A stretch of DNA of 64,000 bases from a virus, in IMG/VR virus record IMGVR_UViG_3300047483_000490, positions 1 to 64,000 of that record. The stretch is one strand, 5' to 3'. Both the position numbers and the translations under genes were made by a program. The notes under the pieces were generated by a model. That model had not been told where the DNA came from, did not search any database, and was given only the letters and a program-made list of their open reading frames with translations. Shown one piece after another: positions 18,578 to 29,385 of the stretch. The first letter of the stretch is position 1. Each line of letters starts with the position of its first letter.

Positions 18578-19696
18578 ATGGAAAATCAAAATTCAGTTTG
18601 CTATGTAGCAAAAATTAACGAGATTAAAGCAATTGAAGGAGCTGACAATATTGAATTGGTAGTTGCTGGAGGTTGGAATGCTATTACAAAAAAAGGTGAA
18701 TTCACCGTAGGTTCATTAACTGTAATTGCAACAACTGACGCAGTTATTCCTGAAGCACTTTCTGAAAAGATGGGTGTTACTAATTATTTACGTAAAGGTC
18801 AAAGAGTTAGAACTGTAAAACTAAGAGGTGTTTACTCTGAATGTTTGATTATTCCAATAGTTCATATCAAGGCTTCTAGTATTAGAGAAGGTCGCGACTT
18901 AATGGAAGAATTAGGCATCACTAAATTCGAGCCACCGGTTAAACAAATCCAATTAACTTCTGGCAAAAAGATTCGTTACAGTGAAAATCCTAACTTTAAA
19001 ATCTATTACAAGTTTCCAAACTTGAAAAATGTTGCAGGTATGTTTACTGAAGAGAACGCAGTTCAAATCACTCGTAAATTACATGGAACTAACGCACGAT
19101 ATGGAATTGTAAAACGTAAGAAGATAGGATTACTTACAAAACTTAAAGCTTTTTTTGGTGACAAATGGGCTGGATATGAATTTGTAGTTGGTTCTCATAA
19201 CGTTGAAAAAGGTTCTGAATCACAAGGATTCTATGACACTAACGTGTGGTATGAAATTGCAGACAAATATAAGATCAAATCTAAGTTGTGGAATTTTATT
19301 AAAGAGACTGCAACACCTGAAGGAATTGGTGAAGGTTTTTGTATCTATGGTGAAATCTACGGTGCAGGAATTCAAAAGAATTACGAGTACGGTCTTACTG
19401 AAATTAAGTTTTCTATGTTTGACGTAACTCTTAATGGTGATTATGTACCAACCGGATGGACAGAAATGTATGCAAATGAATTAGGATTTGATCACGTTGA
19501 AGTTCTTTACGATGGCTTATGGTCTCAAGAAATTCAAGATCGTTTTGTCTTTAACAACTTTATTGAAGGCACCAAAGTGCCACATGAAGGAATTGTAATC
19601 AAACATGTCTCTGGTGAAAGAAGTAAAGTAGCTAAGGTTATTAACCCAGACTATTTAATCTACGGTGAAAAAAATAACGTAGGAGATTCTCACTAA
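18578..19696 (+). CDS. RNA ligase, DRB0094-like family
   Basis: N-terminal OB-like domain (GADNIE), KLHGTN motif I, YGEIYG, FDV, EGIVIK, KVINPDY. Confidence 0.88.
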   Translation: MENQNSVCYVAKINEIKAIEGADNIELVVAGGWNAITKKGEFTVGSLTVIATTDAVIPEALSEKMGVTNYLRKGQRVRTVKLRGVYSECLIIPIVHIKASSIREGRDLMEELGITKFEPPVKQIQLTSGKKIRYSENPNFKIYYKFPNLKNVAGMFTEENAVQITRKLHGTNARYGIVKRKKIGLLTKLKAFFGDKWAGYEFVVGSHNVEKGSESQGFYDTNVWYEIADKYKIKSKLWNFIKETATPEGIGEGFCIYGEIYGAGIQKNYEYGLTEIKFSMFDVTLNGDYVPTGWTEMYANELGFDHVEVLYDGLWSQEIQDRFVFNNFIEGTKVPHEGIVIKHVSGERSKVAKVINPDYLIYGEKNNVGDSH

Positions 19697-20007
19697 TGGA
19701 CCAAATTGCATATAATATTGGTTATATAGGACGCGGTAGCTCGGGTATTCTGAGCTACTATCCTTCTATATGGGATTGTGATTTTAAAACTTTTGCCAAA
19801 AAGGTTAGACAAAAAGGTAATACCAAAGCTTTATTTAAATGGGCAAAAGAGCATCACGTGACTCCATCTTCAGTTGCATTATTTGTTAGTATTTATAAAG
19901 ACGATGAATATTCAAATTATACGATCAAGATGATTAACGTCAGAGAATATAGAAAACACTGGGAATTAATTTATAAAAAAGAATGGACACATGGTCGTAG
20001 ATTATAA
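19696..20007 (+). CDS. hypothetical protein
   Basis: Coupled ORF. Confidence 0.55.
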   Translation: MDQIAYNIGYIGRGSSGILSYYPSIWDCDFKTFAKKVRQKGNTKALFKWAKEHHVTPSSVALFVSIYKDDEYSNYTIKMINVREYRKHWELIYKKEWTHGRRL

Positions 20008-20446
20008 AAAGATCTTATTAGGTATGCTAGGTGAAAAGATCATAGCTAAACATTTTAGAGATAATGGCTCAAGTGTTGAAGAGTCCTTAAATATCTTTGA
20101 TTCAGAAAAAGATATGATTATTGATGGTCATAATGTAGAAGTAAAGACAAATGCACCTCTGATTTATTATGATTCATTCTCAATTCCAAAGAATCAATAT
20201 AACAAAATAATGAATTCACATCGAGTTTATTGGTTGTCAGTTCCTTTACAAACAAAGGAAGATCAATTTGCAGGTTGTATTTTTGAAATGGATCCTAAAG
20301 TTGCAAAGACCCATACAATTACATTCGGATCTGGTGGTACAGCAATTGGCCTTAAAAGACAGCAAGCTGGCATGAAAGTTATTCATAGAATTGAAGATCA
20401 GGCCTTATTAAAACATCTTCGAGACCTTTCTACTTCATATATGTAA
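19991..20446 (+). CDS. putative PD-(D/E)XK nuclease
   Basis: G.LGE, D..IDG..VEVKT motif. Confidence 0.6.
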   Translation: MVVDYKKILLGMLGEKIIAKHFRDNGSSVEESLNIFDSEKDMIIDGHNVEVKTNAPLIYYDSFSIPKNQYNKIMNSHRVYWLSVPLQTKEDQFAGCIFEMDPKVAKTHTITFGSGGTAIGLKRQQAGMKVIHRIEDQALLKHLRDLSTSYM

Positions 20447-20536
20447 AAATAATTTAAAAATAAGTGTTTAAATATTTTTTTATGTCAATAAAAAGCAGTA
20501 TATTAGCCTTATAATTAAACGATTAAAACTATTATT

Positions 20537-20821
20537 ATGAAATTAGACTTATTTGAAAAAGCAAAGGCGGATGCTAAAAAATATGCAAATGAAAATTTAG
20601 AATGGTGTTTAGCTCAACCAGTCACTGAAGGAGAAAGAATACATATTGTAGATATTGCTGCTTCTATTATCATGACTCGTGATAACATCTTACAAGGCGG
20701 TGGATTTGTTGAAGCTATCATAGATAACAATTTAAGTCAAGCTATTTCAAGAGCAGACTCAACATGTATCAAAGCTTTGAAGTTTTTTGTAATGGTAAAA
20801 GAAAATGCTGGTAAATATTAA
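20537..20821 (+). CDS. hypothetical protein
   Basis: Follows class I promoter. Confidence 0.65.
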   Translation: MKLDLFEKAKADAKKYANENLEWCLAQPVTEGERIHIVDIAASIIMTRDNILQGGGFVEAIIDNNLSQAISRADSTCIKALKFFVMVKENAGKY

Positions 20822-20899
20822 ATTATTTTAGCATATAATGAAACTAATTGAAGATTGCGTGTAATATATACACAACGAAAGTTCTTTAATATTAATGTT

Positions 20900-20984
20900 G
20901 CCCAGGTGGTGTAATGGTAGCCACGAAGGACTTAAAATCCTTTGGGACGAAGGTCCCGTGCCGGTTCGAGTCCGGCCCTGGGTA
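20900..20984 (+). tRNA. tRNA-Leu(UAA)
   Basis: aagga-cttaaaa-tcctt, long variable arm. Confidence 0.95.
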
Positions 20985-20994
20985 CTATTTAAAT

Positions 20995-21067
20995 GCCTCC
21001 GTAACTCAGCAGGTAGAGTGCAACATTTGTAATGTTGATGTCATCGGTTCGAACCCGGTCGGAGGCT
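20995..21067 (+). tRNA. tRNA-Thr(UGU)
   Basis: caaca-tttgtaa-tgttg. Confidence 0.95.
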
Positions 21068-21078
21068 CAAAACATTAT

Positions 21079-21153
21079 GGCTCCATAATTAAAGGGATAT
21101 AATGCATCTCTTCTAAAGATGACTTGGGAGTTCGAATCTCTCTGGAGCTACCA
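21079..21153 (+). tRNA. tRNA-Arg(UCU)
   Basis: catct-cttctaa-agatg, encoded CCA. Confidence 0.9.
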
Positions 21154-21163
21154 CTCAAAACAT

Positions 21164-21191
21164 AAGCCAATCAATCTAGATTGGCTTTTTT
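21164..21191 (+). terminator. intrinsic terminator
   Basis: aagccaatc...gattggctt + U tract. Confidence 0.8.
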
Positions 21192-21256
21192 ATTGCCTAA
21201 TCATGATACTTTTTATTTTTTCTGAATATAATAGATAACTTATTAATTCAAAATAT

Positions 21257-21682
21257 ATGACTTACGCAGAATTTATAGCAGAAGACCTAAAAGGATCTTA
21301 TAAAATCACAGTTGACCAACCTAGAAATCCAGATGGAAGTAATCCATATATTCTCAAGCTTGGACCATTTGTCTATGTCGATGTCCAAGTAGAGATTTTA
21401 AACATCTATTCCAGATCAGTTGAGCTTTTTCTAAGCTTCGATGGACTTACAGCCAAAAAGTTATTCTTTACACCATCACACGAAGGACCAGATATTATTC
21501 ACGCTAAAATCTTTAGAAAAATTGACAAGATAGTAAATAAAGCTTTATTAGAAGATGGTCGCGAGGAATGGATTCGCGAAGAATACAGAAAGAAAAAAGA
21601 AAGATTAAACAATACAATACAAGGAGTTGTTGGAAAAATAAAAGAAATAGATGGGAATCAAACAAATAATTTGCTCGATTAA
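21257..21682 (+). CDS. hypothetical protein
   Basis: ORF track. Confidence 0.6.
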   Translation: MTYAEFIAEDLKGSYKITVDQPRNPDGSNPYILKLGPFVYVDVQVEILNIYSRSVELFLSFDGLTAKKLFFTPSHEGPDIIHAKIFRKIDKIVNKALLEDGREEWIREEYRKKKERLNNTIQGVVGKIKEIDGNQTNNLLD

Positions 21683-21899
21683 AGGGCACAATTACTCTTA
21701 TAATTTTGGCTGGATGCCAACCAAATGTACTTGTAAGAGATGTGGAATGAAATGGAAAACTATTAATAATCCAGAGTACATTCCAGGTAAATCCAATCCA
21801 ATAGAAACAGATTTATACATTTGGATTGAAGATTTACAAATAGAATCAAAGCCGAGTATTAACACAAATTGGGATGATGAGCCAGATTTAATGTCTTAA
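21651..21899 (+). CDS. small Cys/His-rich hypothetical protein (DUF1660-like)
   Basis: IC...GH...CKRCG. Confidence 0.55.
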   Translation: MGIKQIICSIKGHNYSYNFGWMPTKCTCKRCGMKWKTINNPEYIPGKSNPIETDLYIWIEDLQIESKPSINTNWDDEPDLMS

Positions 21900-22024
21900 T
21901 ATGAAAAAAGTATTAGCGGCAATATGGTTTTTTATCAGCCTATTTTTTAAAAGATTTAAAAGAAAAAAGAAAAGTATATGGGAATTATAACAGTATACAT
22001 TATTAATTAATTAAAAACAAAACT

Positions 22025-22330
22025 ATGAAAAAATTAATCGCATTATTTGCAATATTTGCAATAACAAGTTGTTCAGAATTAAGACACGTTTCTTCAGAAG
22101 GATTAACATACGAAAACGGAAGTATTTACCATAAAGGTGCTGTAATTGCTAAATTAAGTGGCGTTGAAGTTGCCTATGACAATCGAAAACTTGTTACAGA
22201 AGCAACATTTAAATTGACAAGCTCAGAATACAACCACCTGGCTTACGGAATTATCAAATTAGTTACAGAAAGAAATCCTAGATGGGAAGTTGAAGTTGAA
22301 ATAGATCCAAACACTGAAATTTTAAAATAA
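22025..22330 (+). CDS. hypothetical lipoprotein
   Basis: Lipobox ITSC. Confidence 0.65.
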   Translation: MKKLIALFAIFAITSCSELRHVSSEGLTYENGSIYHKGAVIAKLSGVEVAYDNRKLVTEATFKLTSSEYNHLAYGIIKLVTERNPRWEVEVEIDPNTEILK

Positions 22331-23427
22331 TGAATAACATAGATACTCAATATCAAGCACTTTTGCAAGATATTCTTGACAATGGTGTAATAAAAAGTGA
22401 CAGAACTGGAACAGGAACTGTCTCAGTCTTTGGAAGACAAATTCGTCATAAAATGTCGGAAGGATTTCCATTGCTTACAACTAAGAAAATGCCCTTTAAA
22501 TCAATCATAACAGAATTGATATGGTTCCTTCGAGGTGATACAAATATCAAGTATTTGGTTGATAATGGTTGTAACATTTGGAATGGAGATGCTTACAAGA
22601 ATTATTTAAAATTAACAAAAGATGCTGAACCATTGACTCAAGAACAATTTATCGATAAAATCAGATTAGTTCGTTTTAAAACAGATGATGAGTTTGTTAA
22701 GAAGTGGGGAGAACTGGGTCCAATTTATGGTAAGCAATGGAGAAAATGTGAAAATTTCTTTTATGATAACACAGACCCCGATGGTGATGGTTTTAGATAC
22801 CGATCTATAGACCAAATCCAAAATCTAATCAACGACCTTAAAACAAACCCAGATTCTAGACGATTAATGGTTAATGCATGGAATGTTGGAGAATTAGACC
22901 AAATGGTTCTTCCACCTTGTCATTATGGATTTCAAGTTTATACAAGAGAGTTGAGTTTAGATGAGAGATTAGACCTTATGAGAAAGAGAACCAAAGACGG
23001 AACAGTTGATTATGATAATAGACACCATGGTTTTTTAGACTTTCATAATATACCTAAACGATCAATCTCATTAATGTGGAATCAACGAAGTGTAGATACA
23101 TTCTTAGGTTTACCATTTAATATTGCAAGTTATGCACTCTTATTAGAAATCATCGCAAAAGAAGTTAATATGGTTCCAGATGAATTGATTGGAAATCTTG
23201 GCGATGTTCACTTATATTCTAATCATTTAGAACAAGCTAAAGAACAAATAACTAGATGGTCGATAAAACTACCAACATTAAATATTAATGACGAGTTTTG
23301 GAATACTGATATTCCATTTTTAGAATCACTAAAACGCGATAATTTTCTTAAATGTTTGTTGGAAGAAGATATTCAGTTGTGCAATTATGAATCACATCCA
23401 ACTATCAAAGCACCTTTAAGTAATTAA
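22330..23427 (+). CDS. thyA: thymidylate synthase
   Basis: DRTGTGT, LGPIYG.QWR, LPPCH, QRSVD.FLGLPFNIASY. Confidence 0.97.
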   Translation: MNNIDTQYQALLQDILDNGVIKSDRTGTGTVSVFGRQIRHKMSEGFPLLTTKKMPFKSIITELIWFLRGDTNIKYLVDNGCNIWNGDAYKNYLKLTKDAEPLTQEQFIDKIRLVRFKTDDEFVKKWGELGPIYGKQWRKCENFFYDNTDPDGDGFRYRSIDQIQNLINDLKTNPDSRRLMVNAWNVGELDQMVLPPCHYGFQVYTRELSLDERLDLMRKRTKDGTVDYDNRHHGFLDFHNIPKRSISLMWNQRSVDTFLGLPFNIASYALLLEIIAKEVNMVPDELIGNLGDVHLYSNHLEQAKEQITRWSIKLPTLNINDEFWNTDIPFLESLKRDNFLKCLLEEDIQLCNYESHPTIKAPLSN

Positions 23428-23430
23428 AAT

Positions 23431-23769
23431 ATGACAGAGACAAGACCGTGGGGAACTTATGAAGTTCTTTTAGATGAAGCAAACACAAAAGTTAAAAAGA
23501 TCATTGTTAATCCAAATCAAAGATTATCATATCAGTATCATGAAAAAAGAACAGAGCATTGGATCGTCGTGTCAGGTGAATTGACAATTGTCTTAGATGA
23601 TTATAAACATTACAGAAACCCTGGAGAGTCTATTCATATAGCATTAGGCGCTAAACACAGGGCATGGAATCAAACAAATGAACCCGTAACATTTATAGAA
23701 GTTCAAACTGGAACTTATTTTGGAGAAGATGATATTGTTAGAATAGAAGATGATTACTTAAGAGATTAA
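23431..23769 (+). CDS. type II mannose-6-phosphate isomerase C-terminal cupin
   Basis: RPWG, LSYQYH..R.EHW, IEVQTG.YFGEDDIVR. Confidence 0.9.
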   Translation: MTETRPWGTYEVLLDEANTKVKKIIVNPNQRLSYQYHEKRTEHWIVVSGELTIVLDDYKHYRNPGESIHIALGAKHRAWNQTNEPVTFIEVQTGTYFGEDDIVRIEDDYLRD

Positions 23770-23771
23770 AT

Positions 23772-23996
23772 ATGATACAAGCAATAGGTTACTTAGCAAC
23801 ATTTATTACTGGACTTTCATTTATGATGAAGGACATTAAAACATTAAGATTAGTAAATGCATTAGGATGCTTGATATGGATAGTTTATGGTGCTTTATTG
23901 CACAGCGAACCTATCATTATTACAAACGTTGGTATTTTTGGCATTCACTTTAGTAAGCTTTTAAAGGAACAATATATAAAACACAAAGAATTGTAA
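23772..23996 (+). CDS. small membrane protein (YgjV/PQ-loop-like)
   Basis: Three TM helices, LR.VN..G...WIVYG. Confidence 0.65.
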   Translation: MIQAIGYLATFITGLSFMMKDIKTLRLVNALGCLIWIVYGALLHSEPIIITNVGIFGIHFSKLLKEQYIKHKEL

Positions 23997-24008
23997 AAAA
24001 AGTAATAC

Positions 24009-24818
24009 GTGAAATCAATCAAATATATCGTAGTATGCGGCACTTCGTTCACGCACGGAGGCGGATATTCAGAGCTTAGCCCGATGATTGAGGTATTAAA
24101 AAAATATGAAGGTCATGTTCCATCTACAATAGAAGAATGTGCATGGCCTGCTTTTTTACAAAAACAAATAGATCCTAAAATTAAAGTTTATAATTTAGCT
24201 CTTTCTGGATCAAGTTTAGAATATCAATCAAGAATCATAAACGAATGGATCGCTAGTAATAAAGATAAAGTCAAAGATACTTTGTTCTTATTAGAAATTT
24301 CTGGCTATGGTAGAATGGAATTATGGGATGCTGAAATTGAAAGATATGTTGTTTGTAATTACGGTTTTGATAAAAGAAACTCAATAATTTCAATTCATTC
24401 AGGTATTTATGACAGAGAGCCTAAATCTAATACAGAAAAAATGGCAACTGGAGAAGAATTAGTTTCAACTTTTTTTAACAGATACGTGGAACCTACTTAT
24501 TTTGTTGAAAAAATACAATCTAATTTCTTTGATTTTCTATGTAAATTAAAATACAAAAACATAGATTTTAAAATATTTGGTGATGCATTTTGGGATCCAA
24601 CGCTCAATGAAGATGCTATAGTACAAAACAACAGATTAAAGCTTTATGATTCTCGTAAAAGGGAAACTGAAGGCATTTTAGACTTCTTAGAAAAAGAAAA
24701 GTTACAAATAAAACATATAACCAAAGGTGAATATCCAGATTTTCATGGGTCATTATCTGGTAATAAAGAAATTGCCAATCAATTTTATACTCAACTAAAG
24801 TCAAATTATATTTTATAA
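24009..24818 (+). CDS. SGNH hydrolase/acyltransferase-like protein
   Basis: GTSFT block I, NLA..G, D.H near C-terminus. Confidence 0.7.
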   Translation: MKSIKYIVVCGTSFTHGGGYSELSPMIEVLKKYEGHVPSTIEECAWPAFLQKQIDPKIKVYNLALSGSSLEYQSRIINEWIASNKDKVKDTLFLLEISGYGRMELWDAEIERYVVCNYGFDKRNSIISIHSGIYDREPKSNTEKMATGEELVSTFFNRYVEPTYFVEKIQSNFFDFLCKLKYKNIDFKIFGDAFWDPTLNEDAIVQNNRLKLYDSRKRETEGILDFLEKEKLQIKHITKGEYPDFHGSLSGNKEIANQFYTQLKSNYIL

Positions 24819-24821
24819 ACA

Positions 24822-25387
24822 ATGAATAATTTTAAAACTTTAGTCATGTCTTTACAAAAAGATGTAGATCGAAGAGATTGGATGAATTCTATTAAATCTA
24901 AGATAGGTTTAGATTTTGAATTCTTTGATGCATTTGCACCAAATCAACTGACAGATTCTCATAAACATTTTTTTAGAACCACAGACTTTCACATTTGGAA
25001 TATTAATGAAGATGCAGTTAAGGCTACATTTGTAAGTCATATGTTAATGTGCCAATATGCATCGATAACAATACAAATCTATTAATTATAGAAGACGATA
25101 TTGATATTGTAAAATCAGTAGATTGGAATAGTGTTGATTTTACAGAATTTGACATATGGAATTTAACTGCTAAAAAAGTTTCATGCTTTGCTTATTTCAT
25201 TTCAGTCGAAGGTGCTATCAAACTATTAAAAAGATTAAATAGAGTTGAGATAACACAAGCTTATGATTGGGAACTTTCAAAACTAGATGATAGCTTTAAA
25301 GTAAAAGAAGAAAAAGAACCAATATTCATACAAGTTGATAGATTTGAATCTAACATAGCACCAAATGGCTATGAAAAACTAGTCTAA
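24822..25387 (+). pseudogene. glycosyltransferase family 25, split by a 1-nt frameshift near 25058
   Basis: N part (SL...DRR, FFDA, SH) and C part (LIIEDD, AYFIS.EGA..LL, D) are in different frames. Confidence 0.7.
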
Positions 25388-25399
25388 ATATATAAATCA

Positions 25400-26215
25400 A
25401 TGAGAACATTTAAATACATTTTTGTCTGTGGTACATCTTTTACAGCCGGTGGAGGATTTGAAGATAAAAATAGCAACAGACCAATAATACAAAAACACAT
25501 GGACGAGCCTATTCCAGCAAAAATGGAAGATTGCGCTTGGCCAGCTTTTTTACAAAAACAAATAGATCCTAAAATCAAAGTTTATAATCTAGCTTTGCCT
25601 GGGGCTGGTGTTGAATATTTAATAAGAACTACTGAAGAATGGATGGCTAAAAATCCAGATAAAGTTAAAGACACTTTATTTTTATTAGAAAATTCAGGTT
25701 ATGGTAGAATTGAATTATGGGATGTCGAGCTAGACAGATATATTGTCTGTAATTGGGACTATGCTATTAGAAAAGATAAATTTTGTGCATCCGCTCACAG
25801 TGGAAAGTACTGGGAAGATTCTCACGAAACAGCACAAAGGATAATAAATAAAGAACCACTTATAGAAACTTGGTTAAATACGTTCGGTGAACCTATGAAA
25901 ATGGTAGAAGATCTTAACAATAGATTTTTTAATTTTCTATGTAAGCTAAATTATAAAGGCATTGATTTTAAAGTTTTTGGTGAACCTTTAAATGATCCAG
26001 AACTACATAAAGAAGATGTGTTTTTAAAGAATAGATTAGCATTAATGGTTGGAGATAAAGAGATCAATCACATTCATGATTTTTTAATTATCAACCATTT
26101 ACAGATAAAACAATTAACTAACGGAGAATGTGATGATTTTCACGCAACGTTAGAAGGAAATAGAGTTGTAGCACAAGTTTACTATAACGAATTAAAAAAA
26201 CATTACGATTTATGA
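25400..26215 (+). CDS. SGNH hydrolase-like protein (paralog of 24009..24818)
   Basis: GTSFT, CAWPAFLQKQIDPKIKVYNLAL identical block. Confidence 0.7.
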   Translation: MRTFKYIFVCGTSFTAGGGFEDKNSNRPIIQKHMDEPIPAKMEDCAWPAFLQKQIDPKIKVYNLALPGAGVEYLIRTTEEWMAKNPDKVKDTLFLLENSGYGRIELWDVELDRYIVCNWDYAIRKDKFCASAHSGKYWEDSHETAQRIINKEPLIETWLNTFGEPMKMVEDLNNRFFNFLCKLNYKGIDFKVFGEPLNDPELHKEDVFLKNRLALMVGDKEINHIHDFLIINHLQIKQLTNGECDDFHATLEGNRVVAQVYYNELKKHYDL

Positions 26216-27879
26216 TACAGTTAGGTATTTCAGCATTTTATCATGACTCTGCTGCATGTATTGTAAAAGACGGCAAGGTTTTAGCAGCAATAGAAGAAGA
26301 AAGATTTACAGGCATTAAACATGATTTTAGCTTTCCTAAAAAATCTATTGAGTGGTTATTTGACTATTTAAATTTAACAATAGAAGATATTGATGAAGTT
26401 TGTTGGTATGAAAATCCAGAGCTTAAAAAACAAAGGGTTCTTGCTACTTTTGACAAACATTTTTTCAAGTCATTCTTTAATAGAATTAAATTTTTAAAGA
26501 GACATAAAATAGAAGGCAACGTTAATGCTTTATTAGAACAACATCTAAATTACAATGGCAAAGTTACTCTTGTAGATCATCACATCTCACATGTCATGTT
26601 TGCATATAAGACTTCACCATTTGATGATTGTGCAATCGTTTCTATCGATGGTGTAGGTGAGTGGGATACGATGACAGTTTCTCAAGTTAAAGATGACAAG
26701 CTAATAAAAATTTCAGAGACAGTTTTTCCGCACTCTTTAGGTATGTTTTACTCAACATTCACTTCATTTTTAGGTTTTAAACCAAACGAAGGTGAATATA
26801 AAGTAATGGGTTTAGCACCTTATGGAAATCCAGAAGTTTATTACCCAGAATTGTTTGCCTTATTTACACTTTTACCAGAAGGTAGATTTTCTATCGATCA
26901 AAAATATTTTACGTGGGAATACTCAGACAAAATCATGTTCAAAGACACATTGTGTGAATATTTAAATATGGCTCCGAGAACTAAAGATGCTCCAATGGAA
27001 CAATGTCATAAAGACTTAGCAGCCTCGGTACAAATGGTATATGAACGTATTTTTATGCATATTTTAGAATTTGCAAAAGAACAAACCGGAAGCAATAATT
27101 TATGCCTTAGCGGTGGTTGTGCATATAATGGAGTTGCAAATAATAAAGCTTACAGATTGTTCGAACATATTTGGGTTCCCTTTGCCCCATCAGATTCAGG
27201 GTCAGCTATTGGTGCATGCCTAGCATCATATCCTGGTAAAACGGCAGATAATACGTCTCCATATTTAGGCTCAGAATTCAATCTATGGGACATTCATACA
27301 GCTATTACTTATTTTCAATTTGAGATTGATGTAAGAGAATTGACTGAAGAAGAACTAATAGAAAAAACGGCAACAGCTATTAACGAAAACAAAGTTATAG
27401 GCTGGTGTCAAGGTAGAATGGAATTTGGAGCTAGAGCTCTTGGAAATAGATCAATTCTTGCTAGTCCATTGGACCCAGAAATGAAGTCTAGACTAAATAG
27501 AGTTATTAAAAAGAGAGAAGGCTTTAGACCTTTTGCACCTTCGTGTATTGAAGAAGATGCTGCTAAATTCTTTGAAATTCAAGACACTGTGCCTTATATG
27601 AATCAAGTGATGCAAGTTAAAAAAGAATGGACATTACCTTCTATTACACACGCAGATGGTTCAGCTAGAGTACAGACAGTTAACAAAAATCAAAACGATA
27701 AATACTATAAGTTACTTAAAAAATTAGGTGATATTTCAGGATTTCCAATATCTTTGAATACTTCATTTAATTTTAAAGATCAAACCATAACTGCAACACC
27801 ACATGATGCAATTGAAAGATTTTTAGATTGTGAAATGGATGTTTTAGTAATTAATAACTATTATATAACAAAACTATGA
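26212..27879 (+). CDS. carbamoyltransferase (NodU/CmcH/TobZ family)
   Basis: HDSAA, EEERF, HH.SH, DGVGE, EYKVMGLAPYG, EFGARALGNRS, REGFRPFAP, LNTSFN. Confidence 0.95.
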   Translation: MIQLGISAFYHDSAACIVKDGKVLAAIEEERFTGIKHDFSFPKKSIEWLFDYLNLTIEDIDEVCWYENPELKKQRVLATFDKHFFKSFFNRIKFLKRHKIEGNVNALLEQHLNYNGKVTLVDHHISHVMFAYKTSPFDDCAIVSIDGVGEWDTMTVSQVKDDKLIKISETVFPHSLGMFYSTFTSFLGFKPNEGEYKVMGLAPYGNPEVYYPELFALFTLLPEGRFSIDQKYFTWEYSDKIMFKDTLCEYLNMAPRTKDAPMEQCHKDLAASVQMVYERIFMHILEFAKEQTGSNNLCLSGGCAYNGVANNKAYRLFEHIWVPFAPSDSGSAIGACLASYPGKTADNTSPYLGSEFNLWDIHTAITYFQFEIDVRELTEEELIEKTATAINENKVIGWCQGRMEFGARALGNRSILASPLDPEMKSRLNRVIKKREGFRPFAPSCIEEDAAKFFEIQDTVPYMNQVMQVKKEWTLPSITHADGSARVQTVNKNQNDKYYKLLKKLGDISGFPISLNTSFNFKDQTITATPHDAIERFLDCEMDVLVINNYYITKL

Positions 27880-27998
27880 TAAAGAAATTGATAACTTGGA
27901 TTCAAGTAAAATTAGCAGAACGCAGAAAAAAGAAAGCATTTAAAGCCTCTTTAGAACGTTATAAAAAACAAGATCCCTTTAATTATAAGAATTTTTAA
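27876..27998 (+). CDS. small basic protein (40 aa)
   Basis: Manual ORF overlapping carbamoyltransferase stop (ATGA), ends DPFNY. Confidence 0.5.
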   Translation: MIKKLITWIQVKLAERRKKKAFKASLERYKKQDPFNYKNF

Positions 27999-28000
27999 CT

Positions 28001-28603
28001 ATGGAATTATTACACTCTGACATTTTATTATTTAAGAATGATGGAAAATCTGAAATGGCAAATCTTTTAAAAGATTTAGATGCGTATTTTGAAGAAGCTC
28101 AAGTAAACGACGATCAATATTACAAAGAAATTTCCAAAGACAGTATTGATAAACTTAACAAATATGTTCAATCTAAAATACAAGAGCCATTCTTTCAGTA
28201 CTTTTTAGAACTTACACATCATTCAAGACCAGATTTAGACATGTATGTTAATGGGCATTTTATGTCGCCTGTTGATTATAGCGCTAAAACTAAAGAATAC
28301 AAAAGTAATTTAAGACAATATAATAAATTAGAATTTTCATGGGGTCAAAGCATCCAATTAGCTAGAGTTAATTCAGCTAATAATTTTAATTATATTAAAG
28401 TAAACGGGCATATTAACAAGTTCATGATACTTATTGGATTAAGTAATAAGCCAGAACACACGTCAACTGTATCATTTCCTATACAAAACGTAGCACAACA
28501 ATTAAATAGAGGTGATATTATCATAACTCCAGCTGGAATTACGCACCCTTATACAATAGGATCAATAATCAACGGAGTATTTAAAATAGTAGAAGCAATA
28601 TAA
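28001..28603 (+). CDS. 2OG-Fe(II) oxygenase-like fold protein
   Basis: F..QN.....RGDIIITPAG.THP C-terminal motif. Confidence 0.45.
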   Translation: MELLHSDILLFKNDGKSEMANLLKDLDAYFEEAQVNDDQYYKEISKDSIDKLNKYVQSKIQEPFFQYFLELTHHSRPDLDMYVNGHFMSPVDYSAKTKEYKSNLRQYNKLEFSWGQSIQLARVNSANNFNYIKVNGHINKFMILIGLSNKPEHTSTVSFPIQNVAQQLNRGDIIITPAGITHPYTIGSIINGVFKIVEAI

Positions 28604-29382
28604 TGAGAGGTAAAATTCATTCATTTGGATGTTCATTTAGTACAAGACAATTAGTGCCTAAAAACATGTTTTGGCTAGATCTTTTAGCAAGAAAATACGA
28701 GGTACCTTATGATTCATGGGGGACAGGAGCTTCTGAATTTAATGAAGCTTTTCATCGTCTATCTTTCGCAATGAAAGATTTCAAAAAAGATGATTTGGTT
28801 GTTTTTCAATTCACAGATCATAATAGATTAGGTATTGTACCTAATGGATATTATTTGACAACTGCAATGATGAACAAAAGAACCATGGAAGATACTTTAG
28901 ATGGTTTTAATTGGAATAGAAAGGTTGGACATATTAATAAAACAGACGAAGAATTCATGTTACTGTTTGATTTTGCAAACACGTGGTTACATGATCAAAT
29001 GTTTTGGAATTATTGGAGAGTTTGGAATACTCTTAAATTTCTAGAAGAAAAGATAGGTATTCATTTCGTAATTTTATTCTTAGATAAAACGTGGGAAGAG
29101 GTTATTCATCCGGATCATTATTATAACATTCCTTTATTTCCATTGCCAGAGAAAAATCAATACGATAACATAAAGAATCCACATGAAAATATAGCTTTGA
29201 GTTTATTTTGTTGGGGTAATAAAGGTTATGCAGTTGGACATGATTTAAATTACAAAGATGTTCCAAACTGGCACGAAGGTGATGGTCACCCTGGAGAATT
29301 AGGTAATGCTAAGATGGTAGATTGTATCATGGATCATATTAACAAAACATGGCCAACGTCTAATCCATATAACACAAAATAA
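28603..29382 (+). CDS. SGNH hydrolase-like protein
   Basis: FGCSFS, QFT...R, DGHP.E.GN. Confidence 0.7.
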   Translation: MRGKIHSFGCSFSTRQLVPKNMFWLDLLARKYEVPYDSWGTGASEFNEAFHRLSFAMKDFKKDDLVVFQFTDHNRLGIVPNGYYLTTAMMNKRTMEDTLDGFNWNRKVGHINKTDEEFMLLFDFANTWLHDQMFWNYWRVWNTLKFLEEKIGIHFVILFLDKTWEEVIHPDHYYNIPLFPLPEKNQYDNIKNPHENIALSLFCWGNKGYAVGHDLNYKDVPNWHEGDGHPGELGNAKMVDCIMDHINKTWPTSNPYNTK

Positions 29383-29385
29383 TTA

